This document shows positions 23,548 to 35,689 of a DNA stretch of 64,000 nt, one piece after another. The notes beneath the pieces are model-generated. The model searched no databases and had not been told where the DNA came from. It was given only the letters and a program-made list of their open reading frames with translations. Each line of letters starts with the position of its first letter. Position 1 is the first letter of the stretch. Origin of the DNA: Lama guanicoe. Taxonomy: Eukaryota. The stretch covers positions 10,871,231 through 10,935,230 of the forward strand of contig MU054187.1 of assembly GCA_013239625.1 (NCBI GenBank), given 5' to 3'. The translations under genes were made by a program, and so were the position numbers.

Positions 23548-26500
23548 AATCTATAAAATAACAAAAAATTCAACTGAGGAAACTTTAAAGACCTAAGTGG
23601 CTTTATTAAATGGTTTATGAATTGGGCAGTATCTCATCTAGGACGTAGGGAGGAGCTCCAAGGAGCTGTACAAAATGAATGGCTTTAACAGGCAGGAAGG
23701 GGAAGAGAAAAGGAGAGAGTGGAGTACCTCATCTTCTTTTGGGGCATGGAAAGGGCCTATGTGTCAGATTAACTCATTGGGAATCTGGTAGACCAGAAAA
23801 TTCCAGACTGCCTGGTTACTATGAGATTCCTAGGGGAGGCTGAAACCGCTGTTGGGTTAGGTGTTAGGTTTCAGTTTGGTGTCATGGGCTTAGGACACAT
23901 GACTCCATTTTGGGCCTTTTTAACACTGACAAGGTCAGGTCGCCCGGTTACATTTGGTGGCTTGGCACGAAGTCTTCTTATAGCATTATAAAAGATTGTT
24001 AACAGCTCAACTGTGCCATTTAGTTTAAAAGTTAACTGTTTTTTCTCCTCTCTTTAGAAAGTGGGCTCTGTGTAAAAATCAGAGTGAATTTCTTGTGCTC
24101 TCTTCTTTTATCCTCCATATCTAGTGCGCCGCAATGCACGTACTATATGCTTAATCTTTTGAATAGCTGAATAGATAATTACACCAACACTTTCCAAAGT
24201 TGAGTTACTGTATCTAGGGTCAGAGCTGGTGCAACCTCTAAAATCATGGATAGTAATGAATTAAGGGGGAAAATGTGACAGCCACAAAGATTTCATGGAC
24301 TAATCCAGGATTTTCCAAACTAGATTTTTTTTTTTGATCCACACACTTTCTTTGAGAACTGAAAAATTCTGTATTTTAATTTTAAGGATGAGGATATTCT
24401 GGATCGTGTGGATGCCCATCTGATCACTGAGAACTATCATGTAATTTCAGTGCCCGGAGGTGTTTAAGATTGACTGGTTCCACTTCGTTGCAAGTTATTA
24501 AGAAGAGAAACAGCCGTACCTAATATTTCAGTGACAGTGACAATTAGAGCTAAATAAAAGCCAAGACAAAAGTCTTGGTTTATTCTGAAGAGCTAGTTTC
24601 TCAATAGTTCAGATGGAGAAAAGAGGGACATTTGAGGACACACATAATGGCATGAGCATGCTGAGTCCAAAAGAGCTCACACTGTAATTATCAGTACCAC
24701 GTTCACATTAACAGTTTAGTTACAATCAAACCCACATCTACAGTTGAGTTAAATCACTGCTGAAAATTTAAATTTTCATTATTTTATAATTTTGATTGTA
24801 TTTAATTTGTAATTTAAATTTTTTATAATTGAGGAAGAGTTGTTTAAGAAGTTTAAATTAACAATGTGGTTTATTTCTTATTTCATTATTTTATTAATTT
24901 GCATCAATATTGGACTTCTAGATAAGTCTTTTCCTTTAAATAGTTTATTGAAGTTTGAGAGTCAGCTATTTAAACTAACACAGAATCACTGTGTTAGAAG
25001 TAGTTTAAGTCAGCAACAAATGATTGTTGATTTAAATCCATTTGCATCAAAGTATTAATTTGGAAATTAAAAATTAAGTTCAGAGCAGAAACATACTCAC
25101 AGTATTTTCTGGTTAAAGAAATTTTATAATAGCTCAATTAAATATTTTCAAATATTGTTTACTTTTTCCAAAGAAGCAAACAGTTATATTTCCACTGAGT
25201 TTTCAGGAAGAGGAAAATATTTTATGCAACAGTACTTGGAAAGACCCTCCTAGAAATCCCATACCTTATAGACTCATTGTAGCTCAGTGCCAGCAAGACG
25301 CACCGACTGCCAAGCATAGCTTGAGATTTAACACTGATTTTGGACCCAGGGAAGTTTTTCAATACAGTCATAATGAACAGAAAGAAGTGAGGTGATTTAC
25401 AACTGAATTTGGTAATAGAACAGTGAGAAATCTGAACTCTTTCAGTGAGCCCTGGACAACAACTGACTAAGAGAGCCCTGTTGTCCGGGGCCCACTTAGT
25501 CAGACTGTTTACAAACGGTGTTACAAACGCCACATGGAATATTGTTTGGGGAGCTCAGATTTTTCTTAATAGGCTGTTCATAAAATTTAAACAAAATTAT
25601 GGCTTAGAATTAATTTGTGAATATCAGTCCTGCTCACTGTTGAAGTTTCAGAAATGGAGTCAGGCTCCATTAGATAGTCAGGCTCTTAAAATTGATTCCT
25701 TTGCAGAGGAACAAAGACCCCATCACGACCTAGCAGGGAGTATTGATCTGTTTCTCTACTAACTACCTATTTCTCAAGTACGTGGAGAAAGGGTGATGTG
25801 AAGGAGCTGTAACTGTATTCTGCTTTGCCCCTCTTGATAACAAAAAGAAAAAAATAAATGAGCAAAGAACTGTGCTATATACAAATTTAAAACATGGGTG
25901 GAGATGATAATGAAAGATTTGATCAGTCTGGAAGAAGTCTCAGTTTCAGAAAGAAAATTTATATCCCAACAGCTTTTAAATATTTATTATAGTGAAAAAT
26001 CATAATTTAATTATACACAGTCTTTCCAACAAGTATAAGGAAAAAAAAGTGGGAATTAGAAAACAAACAAAGATGTTACATTTATTATTCTTGATACCTG
26101 GCTTTGGGGAAATTTTTCCCATTCCAATTATGAAAATAATCAGAAGAGTTAGAAGAGGCCAGCCCCACCTGCACAAGCCAGCATCCCGCTGACTGCATCC
26201 GCGTTCAGCGTGACCCCCAGATGGTGAGGGCAGGCAAGAAACTGCACTGTGCTTACCTTCAGAACTGTTTTAAAGATTGGATAATATTTTCAAATTGACT
26301 TTTAAAATTTAAAAAAACCTATAAAAACAGTAAGCGTTATATGTAACATCCAACGGAGGGTACGTTTGCTTATTTCTCTGTTTCTTTCATCTCCTTTATT
26401 TCATTTGTTCCGCTTCCCTTTTCTCTTACCATCTCAATGAAGCCCCAGGTGACCAACTGAACCTTGTTTATTTTTAAATGTCCAATGAGCTCTTGAAAAT

Positions 26501-27919
26501 ACAGAGTGTGATGGGGGTTCTGAGAATCAATGTGTGTCACTGTTGGCCCAGAATATGTCTGCTTCTTGGCAAAAATAAAATACAAGATCACCATTCCAGA
26601 AGAGAAAGAGACTTTGGAGAGGACCTGAATACTTTGTATGTAAAATAGCTCCACATCACAGAAAGAAAATCTTTAACAGGAATAAAAGATTAGGATTTAG
26701 GGCCTGGTTTGTGTAGATGTTGGGATCGTAAAATAATTTTGAGTTGTAAAAAATATTCATACATTCTGTAGAGGAGCGTAATGCTCTGAATAAGAGACAA
26801 TTAAACTATTTACATAGCCAGCCATTCTCCTTTCTCCCAAGTCATGAATTGTCATTACATCTTTCTAAACGTGTCTGCATTTAGATTTGAACAGATGTAA
26901 TTGATTCTAATTGATTTTCTAACTTTAGTCTCTGACATTATGTGATTTCTCAGAATGATTTAAAAATTAGCATAATATTTAGTCTTTAATGCTCAAAACC
27001 ATGCTAATAAATATGTAAACCAAGTTTATTTCTTAAAATGCTCATCTGTTATGTAACTTTTTAGAATTTTAGGGAAAAAATACAACCTGTGGAAAAAAAA
27101 TTTTTAATTTTGCATGATAAAACAGTATTAGTGTTGAATTTAGTGAAATAAATGATAAAAATTTAAAAGAATTCACTTTATTATGTAATACTTAATATTA
27201 TATTAATTATATTTTATTAGTATACAACAGATAAAATGAGAATATGATCATTTGCATAAATAATTATGCAAGCTAAAATACCCTATTTTAGTAAATCGCA
27301 AAAAATCAGAAATTTGTACCAGTTGTTTGACATTATAATACTTTGAAACTAATGTACTGCATAAGCAACATACTAAACACCTTTCTGGAAGAAAATGATC
27401 TGTGATAATGGAAGTAATGAGACAATCCATGAATGAATATAATGTATGTTTAATGCATGAATTAATTATTCTAAACTTTCCTCTTTATCTTTTTTTTTTT
27501 TTTGACAACCAGAGCTCCTCCTCATGATCAGTTTTATCAGCTAACACACAGAGTTCAGATACGTAAAGAATTCAGATTCAATTCTATAGCCTGGTAAATT
27601 CTCAAAGTGAAATGGTCAGAAAAAAGTTGGGAAAGGGGAGATAAAGGATGTGGTGATTCAGAGCCAGAATTGACATTTATTAAACAACTAAGACTCAAAA
27701 ATCATGTCTATGAGGTGTTAGAACCGATGATCAATTCAGGTAAAATTCCCAGTTAATGAATTCAGCCAAACTGATCAATTCAGTGGCCTATAAGTAATAT
27801 TGAAACAAGTATGTACATTTAGGCTTGGATTGGACTATTGCTTTTAAAAGCACGTTGACAGTGCCCTGTGCCCACAGCCTTTTGAAGCTGTGGTTGTGAA
27901 GAAGCACCAGCTGTGTGGC

Positions 27920-28140
27920 AAACATCACTTTAGGTATTTAGAAACAGTATCTTTAATCCTCACAAACAACTCTTCCCAGTGGATGCTTTTAAGCTTTATT
28001 TTGCAAAGGAGAAATGAAGTTCAAGGAGACTAGTAAGCTGCTTAAGGGCAAAAGGCTAGTAAGTGGCACAGGTAGAATCTGAACTTTGCTCAATCTGACT
28101 TGAAAGCCCCAATTCTTGCTACTGTAAAATGCTGCCTCCC
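27920..28140 (-). mobile_element. MIR SINE
   Basis: tttaatcctcacaaac...attttgcaaaggagaaatgaag...ctagtaagtggca...tctgacttgaaagccc. Confidence 0.75.
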
Positions 28141-28688
28141 AGTTTTAAAGCAAATTTTTCATTCTATTTTGTAATTAGACACATTTTTCAAATTTATTGT
28201 ACTGCTTAATCCATCTTAGGATAAGAAGCTGATGGGGTGGAGACAGGCATGTTATTTATAAGAAATTAAAAACCTTTTTGTTCAGCTACAAAGGTTCAGA
28301 TAAATCAAGCAGCAGTGCTTGCCTATTATTGCCATCCTATAATTTGGGATGAAATAATTACCCTATTTTTATAGCTTAGGAGCTTTGTAATTTAGGAACT
28401 ACACTCGAAATTTGGAACCAATGTAGTCATAAATAACCTCAAAGTGAGAAGTCGATTATTTAAATATCCTTTTTCTATCCATGTTTTAAGATAAATTTAG
28501 TTGCTATTGTGGAATGAGATCACTATTACAAGCATTATGAATTTTATACATATCCTAAATCTGGTTACTACTGTGCTTCATATAAGGGGGGAAAAGCCTT
28601 ATTTATAATTCTTAGTGGGATTATTTAAAGTTAAATTTCTATTAAAATTTCTTCTTATAAACATTAGCATGTCAAAAAAATATTTAGT

Positions 28689-28806
28689 TGCTACAGTTGA
28701 ATGTTTGTGTCTCCCCAGGATTCATATATTGACTCCTAAATCTCAAGGTGATGGTATTAGGTGGTGGGTATTTGGGAAGTGATTAAGTCAAGAGGATGGA
28801 TCTCTT
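28689..28806 (+). mobile_element. MLT1A-like LTR 5' fragment
   Basis: tgctacagttgaatgtttgtgtctcccc...gtgatggtattaggtggtggg...gtgattaagtca. Confidence 0.75.
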
Positions 28807-31800
28807 ATTTTCAAATTGAGTTGCTATGATTTGTAGCTGATACAATAAGATAATGTTTCCATCTCACTGGCTGAGCTGGTGCCAAGTATAACATGATGGT
28901 TAAGACCTTGAACTTCATCATCTAACAGTGTCCCAGTTTCACCAGGCATCCTCGGGCAAGTTGAATTTCCTAGTGACTAGTACATAATAAGCACTGGACA
29001 TGTGCAGGAACCACGCCAATCAGGAAGAGGCACCACAAGAAGCAGAGGAATGTTACAATGTATATGCTGCTATATTTTTGTTCAAATGGATAAGCTCCCT
29101 CAGTGCAAGCGGTATCCCTAAATGTCTACTGATTTGTTACGTAGGTGCCCCTGAAGTTCCAATTTTTATAAGCCTTTTTTTAAGTGCCTCTAATTAAACA
29201 TTTTTATTGAATATTTTCCAAGGGCTATGCTTTCAGAGAGAGGAGGGCCATTGTTCCATAAGCAAACTCATTATACAAAAAAACAGACTGCCTTCAAAAA
29301 TCTTAGGAAAATAGGAACCATAGATGTTATAGACACTTGGCGCTTTTTTCCCTTTGGGAATATTAAGACAACACATTTGACAGAATGGCACACAATAAAA
29401 ACATGTTTTTCAAGTGATTTGGGAAATGATGGCAGTTTAAGAAAGGATTCTTGTTTTATGTGCTACTTCTTTGAATAAAGTAGTTACAGAAATTGCCATG
29501 ACAGAAAATCGTGAGTTCCTCAGTTTTATACATATGTCTTCTTAAGAATATCAATCATGATGTGAAGATAATAATTTTTGAAAATATTCTAATATTTATT
29601 CTTGCTTAAATATCCATTCTAATAATGTAATAGCAATAGATAGCACTGTTGGACTTTTATTTTCTTATCATAATATGAGAATGTTAATTTAAATGATGCT
29701 TCCTTTTTTTTTTTTTCATTTTCATTTCCCTACTGGCATAAGATGGGGTATCTTATGTGAGAAATAGGAACAAATAGTGAAAAATTATATTTCACTTTAT
29801 CATCCACATCTGGAAGCTACTTATTTATTCACTTGCTTAATAAGCTGAACCTCCTAGGTGCTCTTTGTAGTAAAGTTAAAATTTCAGTTGCTTTCAATTA
29901 CTTGTTATGGTAATTATCCTTATAATTGGATGACAGTTCTAAATGGCCCACATAAGCCAAGTCAAATATATATTTATTTTATCTCTATGTGTGTCTTCAG
30001 TTAACTGTCTTCATAGTCACTGAACAGTTAATTAGCCTCACTAAGATAAAAGAACTATTTTAGACTCAAACCAGATGAGATACATTATTACTATTAAAAC
30101 AAAGAATACTAAATGTCATTAAATTTTGAATTTTTAATAACATTTCAGAATAAGAATCAAAATTCACAGAGTATGTATTTTCAGTTACAAACATTTGTTC
30201 TCAAAACAGAGCATGAAATCCCTAAAAGGAAATGGAAATGAACTTTGTATCAATGCCATTATACATTACTTTTCAGTAATTTTGTTTTTCAGGAAAGGGC
30301 ATTTGAATTTTATGATTAATAATTTTTTCCAGATTTTTAAATATAATAATTTATTTTCTCACTTAAAAACCAGAAATTCTGTAACATCTAAATCATGCCA
30401 TATGGACGTCAGAAAAATAAGTGAAATCTGTTAAAGAATAGCTTATGACCTGAACTGCAATAATTGTACAATAAATTAGATTAAGAAATAGTTAAGACCC
30501 CTTGGAAAAGTCTTACGTACAATCTAAGTCTCATTACCTATGCAAACTATTTTCAAGTTTCCCAAAGCAGAAGGCAGAGAGAAAAAAGTTTCACTATAAA
30601 CAAATTCTATGATCATTTTAAGAGATCAATTGGTGTGCACATCACAAAAAGATAAATTCTAGACTAAGATAGTTAAAATTGAACAAAGCAGTATTTATAT
30701 TCCCCGTATTCCTTCTTCTAGAATGTTATGCCAGAAGATGAATCATCCTGACGTCTTTACGCCTTATTGGCTTTTCCAGTTGTGCAGACATTTGTATTCA
30801 GTGTTGTCCTTCTTAAGAACTTCAGGAGCATTGTTCAAAGAATAAAAGAATGTCTTTACCTTGTCTGTTGCAATCTCTTCAAGGACTCCACATACTTAAC
30901 ATTTTCTGAACCAACCTTGTTTTCCAGAGCAGCAAATTGCTTATCAGCAAATTTCAGTGTAAGCTGTCCAAATACTAATAAACAAGGCAATTTAACATTG
31001 AGCCATTCGAAGAGCATTTATTATCCAAGTTTGTATTTATTACCCAAGGTTGTGATAAAAACAAACTTAAGCCAAGCTTCCTGCCGCAGAACAAACTCAA
31101 ACCTAGGAAATATATGAAACTTAGGGTAGTGCTAACCTCAGATTTATTCAATTAGGAACTGTTTGTGGCCCGTTATGGGTACCTAAATGCTACAGTAAAG
31201 ACCAGATTATGTTTGTATGCTTACGATTCTTACATTCTGCTGTGTTCTTTTGGAACAGGGAGAGTGTTACTTTCAGGGAGAAGTAGGGCCGTAAAACCCG
31301 CACCTGGGAAGCCTTTCTGTTTGATGTGGAAGCAGGCTGGCTCACCTTGCTTAGAGCGTAACCTCAGAGCACGGTGGTTTCAGATTTCTAAGGGTATCTT
31401 CTCCCATGTTGCCTGTGCCCCACCTCCTAGCCCTCCTAATTAGATGGAACTTGGTGGGTTTTACTGGGACCTCCTTTGTTTACTCCTCAGAAAAATGTAC
31501 AGCTTTCTGAAGAAGGATTACTGTGAGGCTGCCCAGCGTTCATTCCTTCATGCCAGTTCCACATCTAGTAATAATTTCTCAGAATTTGTGATATGTGTGT
31601 TCCTGGCAACCTTCTCTCAGTTGCCATCTGTGGGCAGATGGAACTGTGCTAAAATCTTATTTCTCTACGGTACAAAGTAATATTACTCGTAATTTGGGAA
31701 TTTCAGTGTGCTTTATGATTCTGCTACTCATCACAACTTATTTTCAATTACTCCAAACCTTATGAAATGGAAAAAGCAAAGAAAGGGACATAAACCATCT

Positions 31801-32492
31801 GACTAAGGTGGTGCGGCATATTGTCATTTGCAGGGATGTAGCTGGAAAAATCTGACAGTGTTGAGTTTGCTTTCAGCCACCCTAGAGGGGGGGAGAGGTT
31901 GACTGTATACAAAAGAACTCAGCCATCTGACAGATGTTTCCAGAGGGCATGTGAAAGAGGGGTGGGCTTCCATCAGGTACATGTGGGAGGCAGCTTTCGG
32001 TTTCAGGCCTGTGAGTAAAGGGTCTCTGATTAAAGGAAGGAATGGCCAAGGAAGGAACAAAAGTTTTGGCATTTTTTCAAAAGGGTGGTTTGGCTCCCCA
32101 CACGATCCCATTTTTCAACCTGTTAGAAATCAGCACTTTAAAAAGACTTCTCACAGCTGCTGCTAAGCTAGATGCCTGCTGACCAGGCAGAATTTCTAAG
32201 CGATTCTTTGATTTAGGCTAAGTATGCAGCATCCTGAGCGTGAGTGAAGTCTTACTCAAATTTTTATCCTTAGTAAGATGGAATTAGGCATAGTTGGGAA
32301 TAAAATTTAGTGTTCAGCCAAAAGTCAATATCCAGCTAGTTGGAGAAAGAAAAGTGCCAACATCCTCTGGTAGAGGCTTCTCTATTTTTGGCACTCCAGG
32401 TGTGGTACAATACCACTGCCACAGCGAGGGTGGACTGGGAGGCCCATCTCTTCCCATAGCGGCAAAGAGGAGGCACTACCTGGGCTGTCTCC

Positions 32493-32654
32493 CAGCCAGC
32501 AGTATCAGCCTCACCTGGGAACTTGCTAGAAACAAATTCCGGGCCTCTCCTCCAGACCTGAATCTGGAACTCTGTGGGTGGAGCCCAGCAATCAGTGTTT
32601 TGAGAAGTCCACTAGGTTGATTCCAATGCACCCTAAGACCTGAGGACCACTGCT
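32493..32654. mobile_element. MER5A hAT MITE
   Basis: ccagcagtatcagcctcacctgggaacttgctagaaa...ggagcccagcaatc...tgaggaccactg. Confidence 0.85.
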
Positions 32655-35039
32655 CCACAGTGTCAAATAAGAACCTTAACTGCCTGTTTCTTTTAGGTAG
32701 ATTTGCTAACGGGTCCTCTCCAGGAATGATGGCAGGCAGAAGGCACTTTGCCAGATCATTTGATAGACATGAAATCCAGTTCGAAGTGTGTAAGAATGGT
32801 CACGGTGAAGGACACTTAGCGGTTCCAATGCCCAGAACTGCATCCAGCTCAGACATCCTGTGTTTTGCTGCTTTCTCTTAGAGTTTTCTTAGCTGCAGAG
32901 TAGTCTGAGAATCTGAATTTAATCCTTTGTCACGACTGCCTCAGAGCTGAGGAAGGTTGGAATGTCCCCAGGGTCATCCTTTGTGCATGTAATAATCTGG
33001 CCAAGGTGTGTGAGTCAGCGGCCCACATCCTGGTCATGTCTCCTAGAAAATCTAGTTCAGTGGTCCCCAGGTATGGTAAGGATCAGTGCTGCTCTGTGCC
33101 TGGTCTTCTCTACCTTATTTTGTGTTGACATTTTTACATCTGAGTTGAGGTAAAGCAGAAGAGCCTGGAAACAAAACATATCTATTCTCCATGTGTGCTT
33201 TCCTTAGATTTGGCTTTAAAATCCTTAAGCTTCTGCCAGGAGAGTAATTAGCCCAGATAAGAGGCCACCTATGGCAGCTACATGTCTGCAATCAGGTACG
33301 CACGAGAGAGCTATAAATTTGATTAGAGACTTACAGAGAGTTTGCAGGCCCATATCTCACTTGCAGGAGGTAGGAAGTTAAAAGGAAAATTTAGCAGGAA
33401 AGAGCATGGTTTTTATCTCTATGTCACCATCCATCATTGTATTTTAGAGGTTAATGTTCAGAGATTCTTGTGAACAAGGGAGGGAATTTAAAAAGCAGAA
33501 TATAAAGAAAGCCCTCTGGTGGAGGAGGCTGTTCCTCTGTTCCATTCCACTGTCAGGAACAAGGTGCTTCATCTTGATGCACTACAGATGAATGCAAGAA
33601 GGAAGAGTTTTCAGTGAATATACTAAAATAAGAAGGGAAATCTAGGCACTGTTGGAAATTTTCTCTTGGCAAAGGAGCTACTGGGGCAGAAGTATTTGTT
33701 GGAGGTTCTAGGAGATAGAACCGTGTCTGGGGCACAGAGAATGCTGCTGAGGGGACCTGAGAGGCAGCATCAAAAGGCCAGACCATCTACGAAAGGGTCA
33801 AAATGGAATGGCCAGGGATGAGAGAGACGCCCAAGGCGGAGCCAGTGGGTTTGGAGAGGGGAGTGGGCGGAAGGACAGCCAGCCAATTCCCTGAAGAACT
33901 GGGACATGGGTGGAGGGCAGCAAAGTTCCATAGGACAGCAGTGGCATTTTTCTAGGGTAGAAAAGGAACTATTATACGTGTTTAGTGGCGAATTTGTGTC
34001 CCAAAACTCAAAGCTCAATGCAAGTACCACCTATTCCGTTAACATTTCTTGAATTAACCCAGATTTTGTTCCTCATCATCTCTGACCTATGTAGGTTAGA
34101 AATGGTAGCTTGGCATATAATTTCAAGCATGCCATAGGGCATTCAGTGTGGTTCAAAGAAACATTTGATGACTGTCTACTCTTAAGTTAGATACTACTTT
34201 CTTCCAGAAAGTATTCAGGGAGGATTAAAATGTGTAATATATGGCATGATAACATAAAAACAGAAAGATGGCTGATCATATATCTGAATGTCTTCTAGGC
34301 CAGTGTGAAAAATTAAGAATGCATTTATTTGAGTCTTCTCTCATCGTATCACATAATTCAACCAAATTGACAATACCAGAGGTCTTTAAAAAAGAAAAAT
34401 GTCTCTTTATTGAGTGTTTCACTTTTATTTAAGAAAAAAGTATAAAAAAAAGAAGTAGCACTCGTGACTTTCTCTATTCTCCCATTGCTTACACTGTTCA
34501 AAACTTGCTCCTCAGAATACACATGGCTGGTGGTGGTGTGTTTTACCAACCATTGTGGACTACGACTGGGCTGCTGCCCAGCCCTGGTTTTGGTTTCCTT
34601 GCTTCTTCTTACAGAGCAAGACACTGGAATCAGCTGGATCTCGGAACACTGCCAAGCAAGCAAAGTCTGAGCCATTGCTATGGCTGCCAATCTCCTGAAT
34701 GAGCTTTTACCTCTTTTCTCTTGACTGGTCCACCTTCCTTAAGGCTGTTTTGTAAGACATAGGGTCTCTTCAGCACCGTTTACCTAACTGTCTGTTGATC
34801 ATGTACGTGTGCCCGGTACCATGATGGGCTCTGCAATGGGCACTACAGTAATCTCCGAGGGTGCTCTTTCACTGGCACGTTCACCTTTAAGACTGAATCA
34901 GTGGAAGGTGACTGTGTCCTCACAAACTTAGAGATGTAATTTACTAACATTTATAACAGCCCTTCCTCTATCCAAATCTCACTGATCAGTATAAAATTAA
35001 ATCTAATTCATTTATTTGAAACCCAAAATTTACTGTCTT

Positions 35040-35529
35040 TATCAGCCCCACTTCTACCTGACTTCAAATACCCCACCTTTTACGGGCACATGTTTGAGCT
35101 CATGTTTCTAGCTGTAGCAGCCAGCTTTGTGCAGGTGCAATTTTTAGCATCTCACTTATTCTGGCATCTTTTAATCTTACCGTCTGCCCTGGGATGACCA
35201 GTGAGAATCACTCAAATACTAATGTATGAGCAACTCAACAGGGCAGGGTTATCAAGGCTCAGGGACCACCCTTGCCCAGAAGTCTTATGCATAAACCTTC
35301 ACCCTTTCATTCTTCAAAGGGCGTATTTCATAAAGATCCCTAGAACTCTTGTGGGGCTGAGCAGCAGCAGCCTGAATAGGAGCTCAATAACACAGCCTTG
35401 TACTGGCTTTCCCTTCTTTTGTGTTTCACTCCCATGTCCCTCACTCCTGCCCCCCCCCCACTTCACACAGCCCCCTGCACGTAAGCCTCTGTCTCACATT
35501 CTGCATTAGGGTGAACCTGGCTAAGAAAT
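35040..35529 (+). mobile_element. LTR16-like ERVL LTR (degraded)
   Basis: 3' end tccctcactcctgc...ctgcacgtaagcctctgtctca...tctgc...gaacctggctaaga. Confidence 0.55.
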
Positions 35530-35689
35530 GCTTAACCCTAAATATCTGCGGTATGATTTTCACCTTTGTTCAAGGGAATGCAATTATAATATGCATAGGT
35601 ATTCTGTATAAAATTCCTTATACATAGGCTGGGTCCCAGTTTCTTTTCCTTATCTCCAAGGTGAGCTAATCACTAAAAAAACTTAAGAA

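Larger units (their letters stand above)
17088..23925 (-). mobile_element. Two-LTR non-autonomous class I ERV provirus (provirus 2)
   Basis: Homologous ~374-bp LTRs at 17088-17461 and 23552-23925. Perfect 4-bp TSD CTGA at 17084-17087 and 23926-23929. PPT at 17462-17474, PBS at 23530-23547, plus gag, integrase-tail and env remnants. Confidence 0.92.

Noticed and set aside
24378..24458. Possible + strand exon DEDILDRVDAHLITENYHVISVPGGV
   Set aside because: The phase is incompatible with the upstream exon (that frame stops after 12 codons) and there is no good donor.
25444..25503. Hammerhead ribozyme reading of the hairpin
   Set aside because: It has CUGACUA rather than the CUGANGA core and no correctly placed GAAA.
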